Source: Catajapyx aquilonaris
Taxonomy: Eukaryota
Direction of reading: 5' to 3'
DNA length: 44,552 nt
Assembly (NCBI GenBank): GCA_000934665.2
Contig: KZ538850.1
Location: 1 to 44,552 of the forward strand
Shown: one piece after another, positions 37,769-44,552 of the stretch
How the letters are laid out: each line of letters starts with the position of its first letter
How positions within the stretch are numbered: position 1 is the first letter of the stretch
Translations under genes and position numbers: made by a program
Notes under the pieces: model-generated
Told to the model about the DNA's origin: nothing
Database searches by the model: none
The model's input: the letters and a program-made list of their open reading frames with translations, nothing else

Positions 37769-39920
37769 TTGACGCTCTCTAAATGCCACCATCTTTCATT
37801 ATTTGGTTTGCAATCTCTCGAGTGCAGCTTCTATACACCCCCCTCCTCCCACCCCTCCAGTAGGTTGTAAGTGCCATAATGTTGTTTATGTAGAAGTGAC
37901 TTTTCTTGGTGGTCAACACTGAATTACTTGGCAAGCTTTCTACCGAGGGTACATTTTGACACTACCTGTGGGAACAACCTAATATTTAAAGCATTGTGAT
38001 TGATACTTTAAAAAAAAAAAAAAAAAGACTTGTTGGATCAGTCATAATATTGACAAAACTATGTCTTGATATGTTTGTAATGTGATGACTCTATGTACAT
38101 ACACGCGGTACATTCTTACTGGTTGCATTCGCAGTGTTGAGAAGTGGTATGGTAATGCCTTATACCGGGAAGATATGAAACGCGTTTTTGTTGAGCGTCT
38201 TTTCCTACCAATGACGCTGTAATTCTCTCCTGCTTAGACTATACAGTATTTTTCCCTTGTAAAGAGTTATATTTAGTGAAAGTTTTATTGTGCAGATATG
38301 GTGTAACTGCTGCAAACCCGACAGGTGCTGCTGCTAGATTTACTCTTGCATGTGGAGTCAAGGAGCTGGAGAACATTATAGTTAGTATTTTGTAGTCTAA
38401 TTATAAGTTTTTGTAACGGATAAGTCTTACCATTTCCTTGAGACTTCTATTGCCCCCTGCCTTATATCCCTTCCCATAAAAGAATTCTATAGACAGCTTA
38501 TCCATTCTTGTTGCATGCTTCATTTATATTTTTGGTTGGTAGTCATTTCAATACTATTGCATAGTATGTAGAATGTAGGGACCCAACTGTATTAGTCGAT
38601 TCTTGCCCTTGCATGAAAGTGCATGCCAATTAAGTGTGAAGACACTACGCAAGTTTATTGTCTGAAAGGTGCTACATATGCTTTTTTGATATATTGCCAA
38701 GTTGTTTCTGTACTTCTGTGGACCCAACATAATATCCAAAATGCATACATCCATGGCGCAGTCTTCCAGTACACGCATGTTTCTATACTAAAAGACTGCA
38801 TGAATCTTTGGAAGTTCATATCATTTTTTTGTTCCTCTATGATCTCTTCCAATGGTTTAAAGACATTCTCCCCAAGTAACATGGTTCATCTATGCATGCA
38901 AAAACTGACACAAGGTGTAATGGAATAGTCTTATGCAGAAGGCTAATGGCCGGCCATATATTCCACATGCATTGTTCAACTCTCATGAAGGCCACGTGAA
39001 AATACTTGCTGTTTTCACATATCGGCAGTAAGATTGTACATCAAAATGTGCCGTTCAAGCTGTGATATTAGAGGGACTCTTGTGTTCCAGTACCGCTATT
39101 TTAATTGTTAGTTAATTTTTCTTATGTAGCAGAGAACATTGGAACATTTATCAGAATTCAGTACAAGTTACATTGTAATGTTGTTCAATAATATGGGAAC
39201 ATTGGACATGCCAAAGTTACGTCAGTGTAATAAACAAGTGTCCCTCGTTTATAGCATAACCTCAAGATCCAAGTGCCACATCTCTGTGAACAGCTGAGAT
39301 GATAGGTTACCTGTTCAATGGAAGGTATACTTCCTGAAACATGCTGCAACAGATGCCAATTTTGCATTTTGTAAACTTCACTGTAAGGATCTGATCGCAC
39401 TCAAGCTTATTCTCATTTCCTAAGTAAAAATTGGCTGTCCTGGTATAATTGGCTGCTAGTGCAATGTGAAAAATACACTCTCCCTTCAATAATTCTGCTG
39501 CTGTTGGGAATAGATATGCAGCATGGCAGATCTCTGACAATAGGCAGTGCAAATAATATCCATTGGTGGAAGTAAAGAGTCATGTAAATTGTCATTGCAT
39601 AAATAATAAACTGCCATAAGAAGTGGGAGCATTGTTGCTGGCCATTTACTTCCACCACCCAGCCTCGAGAATACGGTGATGCCAGTTTCTTGCACTGCCC
39701 GAGGTCAGAAAACAGACAGCAGCAAGATTTACAATAATATATACAGAGATAAGTCGCCTTTGCTTTTATTTTTCAATACAAAGATTCTCATATATTCCCT
39801 ACAAAAGTGAAATGTGTATTTTTCATATGAAACAAATAAAAAAATAAACAACTTCCAACCCTGTTCTTTTATTATCTGAATGCTGCATCCTATACATGTA
39901 TAGGATGTTGCAAAATAAAT
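37769..39920 (+). other. ATF3: Probable 3' UTR with alternative poly(A) signals
   Basis: AT-rich region with no TE that I could recognise. AATAAA at 39229, 39605, 39835, 39843 and 39914. The true end is unknown. Confidence 0.55.
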
Positions 39921-40002
39921 TATACTGTACACTTCCTCTCAGACTGAGCTTCCTTACAATATTTCTAAGACTAAACTACTCAAGTTGATTTTGGTGTCAT
40001 TA

Positions 40003-41183
40003 ATTGATCCCCTCCCTTGAAGAAGGGTGTATCTCGCAATTATTATTGTTTGATATTAAGTAGTGAGCCTATCTGTGAAGGAGTTGTCCCAGGTGAATGG
40101 CATTTTATCACTTCTCTACGTAGTCCCCCTGGAGTGTGATGCACTTCTTCCAGCAGTGGTCCAGCTTTGCTTCCCTTCACGAAAAACATATTTATCTAAG
40201 TCATCATGGGTGTGGGTCATTTCACCGACACCCACCCGGCCGGCCGACAGGCCATTTCACCAACATACCCATTCCACCAACAAGCCATTTCACCGACAAG
40301 GAGGTTCCCCGACAGGGCATTTCACCGACAGTCATTTGATCGACAAATTAACCCACACAATTCCGATATGAAAACCATCCAGTCACTGGAGAGACGGGGT
40401 CCAGATCACACCTCATTTTCGCAGCGCCCCTTATGGAAGGAACCACCTGACAGATGTCTCCCATTTCTATAAAATATAAACGGAATATACATTTCCAATT
40501 ACATTGCATGAATGAAATACTTGTAGTCAGCCACCCAGACAACAACTGCTTACCGGGGAAGCTGCAGGTGATGACCTGATTCGCTAAAAGATATTCTCGT
40601 GGGAAACGTGAAAATGAGGTGTGATCTGGACCCCGTCTCTCCAGTGACTGGATGGTTTTCATATCGGAATTGTGTGGGTCAATTTGTCGATCAAATGACT
40701 GTCGGTGAAACGCCCTGTCAGGGAACCTCCTTGTCTGTGAAATGGCTTGTCGGTGGAATGGGTATGTTGGTGAAATGTCTGTCGGTGAAATGGCTTGTCG
40801 GCCAGGTGGTCATCACACCATCACGGACAGCATTCATGATGGCAGCGTCACTGTTGAACCACTATTCTTTCACGTGTCTTTGAGTTTGGGAACAGGTGAT
40901 AGTTGGATCCACCAAACGACACCCAAAAGAACTGCATTTCAACAGTGATGCCGCCATCATGAACGCTGTCCGTGATGGTGTGATGACCTAGATAAATTTG
41001 TCTTTCGTGAAGGCACGCAAAGCTGGACAACTGCTGGAAGAAGTTCATCACACTCCAGGGGGACTACTGTACGTAGAGCAGTGATAAAGTGCCATTCACC
41101 TGGGACAACTCCTTCACAGGTAGGCTCACTACTTATCAAACAATAATTGCAAGATACACCCTTCTTCGAGGGAGGGGCTCAAT
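40003..41183. mobile_element. Palindromic element made of two inverted copies of a mariner transposase 3' end
   Basis: Left arm (40003-40206 + 40811-40858) is the reverse complement of the right arm (40939-41183). The arms translate with frameshifts as FNSDAAIMNAVRD..DDLDKYVFREG.AKLDHCWKKCITLQGDYVEK*. The loop on the minus strand gives SNYHLFP. Confidence 0.85.
40207..40807. mobile_element. Foldback-like element inserted in the left arm of the mariner palindrome
   Basis: Arms ~40241-40420 and 40610-40803 are near-perfect inverted copies with tandem CATTTCACCGACA subrepeats. GTCATCA is duplicated at 40200-40206 and 40809-40815. Confidence 0.85.
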
Positions 41184-41775
41184 AATTACTGGAGGTAATA
41201 AAATGTTAAAGATTATTTTCAGGGGTCACCTTGTGTGTCAGCCTTCAGGCGATCCATGCTCCACTGATGTTGGGAGGGAGGGGTCTCAAAACCCAAGTCT
41301 GTAAGGAAGTGTGCCAATTTTGCACTATCATATACCCCTAGCTGTAAAGGGAATTTAAGAATATTGCAGCAGAATTTATTGCTGGTCGCCAACTGTCCAT
41401 TGGTTCCTTGTCAGTTGCATGATGATGCGGCAGCCTCTCTTTACTGGCATTGTACACAATTGCGCTCAGAAGAAGGTATGAAGGTTATGGGACATGACAG
41501 CAGCATTTTAAAAATAATAAGACTGGCATGTTTACATAACGTCCCTTTCTGATTTCTGATCAGTCCCGTCTTGAAGTCAGGACCCAAGAGGCTCCATGGC
41601 CCACCCTAAACTACCCTGCCACAGCACTTACTCTTCTCATCAACTCAACACTATCATATTTCAGTAATGACTTTTCCACCCATTTTTCAAGAAACCCACA
41701 AATGTTCCCAAAGTCTTTAGTTGCCCAATTGAATTTTTTCCATCAACATTGCCAATATTGTAAGATTATACTGAA

Positions 41776-42315
41776 GCAGGTTGGTGTAGGGGTTAAGGAG
41801 CCAGACTGCTAATCGGGAGGTCCTGGGATCAAATCCCGGGGCCGACAACTCTGAACGTGGTTTTCTGTGGTTTCCCACGGTCCTGCCAGGAAAATTCCGG
41901 AGTTGCTTCCGTAACTAATAGGCCACAGCCGCTTCCTTCCGCCCTTATCCTATCCCAAAGAGCACAGCAAAATGCAAGGGGTTAGTCACTCGGGGAACAC
42001 CGTGTACACTTCGAGTAGAGCACCACTACGGTGTTCCCCCGGTGTTCCAGAGGATTCTGTAGGCTACTAATTATTGTGGGACAACGGGGGTGCCGGCAAC
42101 ACATGGGAAATTACGATGGAAATTACCGAGGAGCACCTGCGGGAACACCGACAGAACACCTGAGAACACTGGGTAGTTGGAACAGCAGTGTACACTTTTT
42201 GGTCTAGTCTGATCTAGTGACTAACCCCTCGGCAAAATGAAAAGCAAAGAGTTCCAGGCAAAACAAACTTCCCCCTAAAGAGCCTATGGCTGATAACGGG
42301 GTATAAATGAATGAT
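41776..42315 (+). mobile_element. tRNA-derived SINE interrupted by a MITE
   Basis: A box TGGTGTAGGGG (41782-41792), GACTGCTAATC anticodon-arm-like segment, B-box-like GGATCAAATCC (41826-41836), core GGTTTTCTGTGGTTTCCC..AGGCCACAGCCGCTTCCTTCC. The tail resembles that of the SINE at 2742-3039. Confidence 0.75.
41975..42231. mobile_element. MITE with 16-bp TIRs and 8-bp TSD (P- or hAT-like)
   Basis: CAAGGGGTTAGTCACT / AGTGACTAACCCCTCG (15/16). TSD GCAAAATG at 41967-41974 and 42232-42239. Internal GGGAACACCG repeats. Confidence 0.85.
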
Positions 42316-43266
42316 ACCATAAGCATAGCCATCATTTGCGGATAGGCTACTTATTGTGTCACTAAAATGCTATCCCACATCTGGGAAGTTTCCTCATGTG
42401 TGCCATCATGTAAATGGCTTCCATTTACCCAATCTTAGTTTAAATAGCAGTGAACATAAATGAGAATACATTACAACTCCTGTAACTAATTAACAAATAA
42501 TAACTGTATTTACAATAGCTCTATACCTGCACCTGCACTGCAAGACATGACAAAAAGTGCCTGTTCCCCTTGCTCTTCCCGCACCCGGCCTGACGAAATT
42601 TTCCGATTGCAGTGCCTGACTGCCCGAGCGGCAGCACCGCAAAACGATGTTGGCCAAGAGCAAGGTTCTTCACTTGTCCGACAGAGTATCATCTGACATT
42701 CTGTCTTGTCTGCCAGGCTGCAGGCTGATCACCGCGTGGTTGCAGGTTGCAGCCTGCAGGATCAACTCAAGACTGGTTTTAGTTAGGCTTGTGTCTTCAC
42801 CACGGTCTTGGGTCTTCACTCTTGACTCTTCAGTACCGCATCCGCATGGCGTGATTGTTGATGCGGTGCCTCGGTGAATAGTGCTAGGGGATTGAAGAAG
42901 TCAGGAGAAAGGGGTCGCAGGTCGCACTACATAAGTCAGACTCCGCACTCGGTAGTACCTAGTGTGGACGTCGTTATCTGGGGATAATCGTCCTGAAGAC
43001 AGCCTCAACACATACAAAGGGCGGGCACAGGTGGATCCTAGGTAAGGCCCAGCGCTCTGAAAGTCAGAATGCACGTGTCGGTGGGAAGGTTGTGGCCTAT
43101 GATGTACCGTTATGGTTCATTTTGTCAATGTAGGATTTTGTGTATATTTTACCTGCAAAGAATGTCAAATGCAAACTATGATTTATTACAAGAAGGGGAA
43201 AAAAGCCCCACTGATGCTCCCCCATTAGTCAATGGCCATACCTGAGGACTTTGTGGCATCACTTAA

Positions 43267-43460
43267 CCTTTTCAGTCTGGGGCAACAAGGCGAGACTTTT
43301 CAAAGGTCGCAAGTTGTTTGCGATTCAATGCCTCATTTGGATGGTGGATAACATCTTTCAGCAGTGCAAGCAAAACAGCCAGTTAGGTGGGTCCAAGTGA
43401 CAACAACCCAATAGGAAACTAATGGAGACCGTCCAAATGGGCCTTCCCAGACAGAAAAGG
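43267..43460. mobile_element. piggyBac-like MITE
   Basis: TTAA|CCTTTTCAGTCTGGG ... CCCAGACAGAAAAGG|TTGA gives a 14/15 TIR and a TTAA target with one change. Confidence 0.65.
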
Positions 43461-43922
43461 TTGAGAACTTTAGGGAAAATGCAAATCATCTTCTTGCTTT
43501 CTGAGCAAGAATAAATTTCAATGAATAAGCTTTAGTTCACATTTGTACTTCTAACCTGCCAGTTGTTTCTTCCCTTCACGCAAGGCATTTTTGTAGACAC
43601 TCCGTAGCTATTAAAATTTAAATATGGAATCAGAATTAAATCTCAAAATTTGGCTACCTTTTTGCTGGCTGACTGCATCCCCAGGGTATACAAGCCCCCT
43701 TGTTTTAGACCTGCATGCAGCAATACAGGATGTGTCTTACTATCATGTAGCCTATGCTATGATGATTGTACTGCAAAAGAGGCAACGCTGCACAATCCCA
43801 TCAGCAATGATTATCATGCTCATATCCTGCTCCCTAGGCAACTGTTGCATGGTGAGAAGGTCCATCTGCCAGGCGATCTCCCCACAGAATGGTGTGGTGT
43901 ATGCTGCCACATGTGTCTAGGG

Positions 43923-44181
43923 CAGTGGTTTCCAACCGGTGGGTTGCGAGTCCCAGGGGGATCATGGGCAGGATCGCAGGGGGTAGCGAGCTTTGGTTCA
44001 ACTTTTTTTTTTCCAATTTCTTTCATTGCAATTGAAGCAATTTTTTGTAGCAGTACAGAGTGTATGTTTTCTGGAAAGGGGGCAGTTGTAGGAGGGGCCG
44101 GGGGAGGGGAGGAAGGGGAGCTGCACATTTATGGAAGCATGTTTTAGGGGGTCGCAGTTGGTAAAAGGTTGGAAACCACTG
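43923..44181. mobile_element. hAT-Charlie-like MITE
   Basis: Perfect TIRs CAGTGGTTTCCAACC / GGTTGGAAACCACTG. 8-bp TSD GTCTAGGG at 43915-43922 and 44182-44189 (NTCTAGNN-type target). Confidence 0.92.
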
Positions 44182-44383
44182 GTCTAGGGGCAAGCCATTG
44201 TGTCTGGTCATTAATCTTGTCACAAGTTGAACCTCAACATTTCTCCCCCGTACATTTTTGACTTCTTTTGGGCCAATGAACACACCACTGCACAGTGGGC
44301 AAAATCGCGAAATTCATGGTCAACAATAATTTATGTTTGGATTAGCGTGAATTTAGTGTTTGGGAGTTACTCAAGCACGCGGA

Positions 44384-44433
44384 CGATCGTAGTGACGAAA
44401 AAGTCGCTACGTTTACCTTAGTCACTACGATCG
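44384..44433. repeat. Short inverted repeat (13-bp perfect arms, 24-nt spacer)
   Basis: CGATCGTAGTGAC / GTCACTACGATCG. Confidence 0.75.
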
Positions 44434-44552
44434 CCGCGCTCGAGTCGGACACTCGCTTCTCTCCTCGTCTTTCAGTGACGTTCTTCCTATTTTAAATTAT
44501 TGAAACCACCGATAAATTGTTTCACGTGAAAGAGCAAGGTCCCCAAAAGCCA

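Larger units (their letters stand above)
39930..41311. mobile_element. Possible outermost short-TIR element enclosing the palindromic stack
   Basis: TA|CACTTCCTCTCAGACT and AGTCTGTAAGGAAGTG|TG give a 14/16 inverted match. Confidence 0.4.

Noticed and set aside
40206..40883. CRISPR-like array or coding ORFs in the CATTTCACCGACA repeats
   Set aside because: Repeats are short, irregularly spaced and mirrored in inverted arms. The context is eukaryotic and there are no cas genes.
41776..41850. Functional tRNA-Ser gene
   Set aside because: Degenerate B box and stems, and it continues directly into a SINE body. The same applies to 2746-2830 and 5834-5905.
42510..43152. Terminal coding exon of a convergent minus-strand gene
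   Set aside because: An acceptor-like TTCTTTGCAG exists at 43153, but all three frames stop within 20 codons and later open stretches show no recognisable domain. A non-coding exon is not excluded.
43650..44147. 165-aa Cys-rich ORF
   Set aside because: Its second half is the hAT MITE, and I recognised no domain or splice support.

Overview
This is eukaryotic, probably arthropod-like invertebrate genomic DNA with two short N gaps. It contains one well-supported protein-coding gene on the + strand: an ATF3/JDP2-type bZIP transcription factor of about 336 aa. Its coding exons are 30925-31407, 37063-37170 and 37349-37768, joined in phase 0. A probable promoter and first exon lie about 16 kb upstream (CCAAT/CRE/MEF2-like/TATA at 14603-14690; exon 1 about 14716-14921), and the 3' UTR is about 1.5-2.1 kb. 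The rest is intergenic or intronic DNA dense in non-autonomous TIR elements (Tc1/mariner-pogo, hAT and piggyBac-like), tRNA-derived SINEs, decayed LINE ORF1 and mariner relics, and long inverted repeats. Most six-frame ORFs are spurious, and I see no multi-gene prokaryote-style system. The most interesting signals concern ATF3 regulation: (1) a promoter module whose motif order and spacing match my recollection of the human JUN promoter; (2) a spliced 99-codon uORF in frame with ATF3 and separated from it by a single TGA; (3) a C-terminal CaaX-like CVAL; (4) a short intron with a weak acceptor whose retention gives a Delta-Zip protein; (5) a 185-bp inverted repeat just inside intron 1; (6) a nested palindromic transposon stack right after the poly(A) signals. 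All calls were made by eye; no searches were run.
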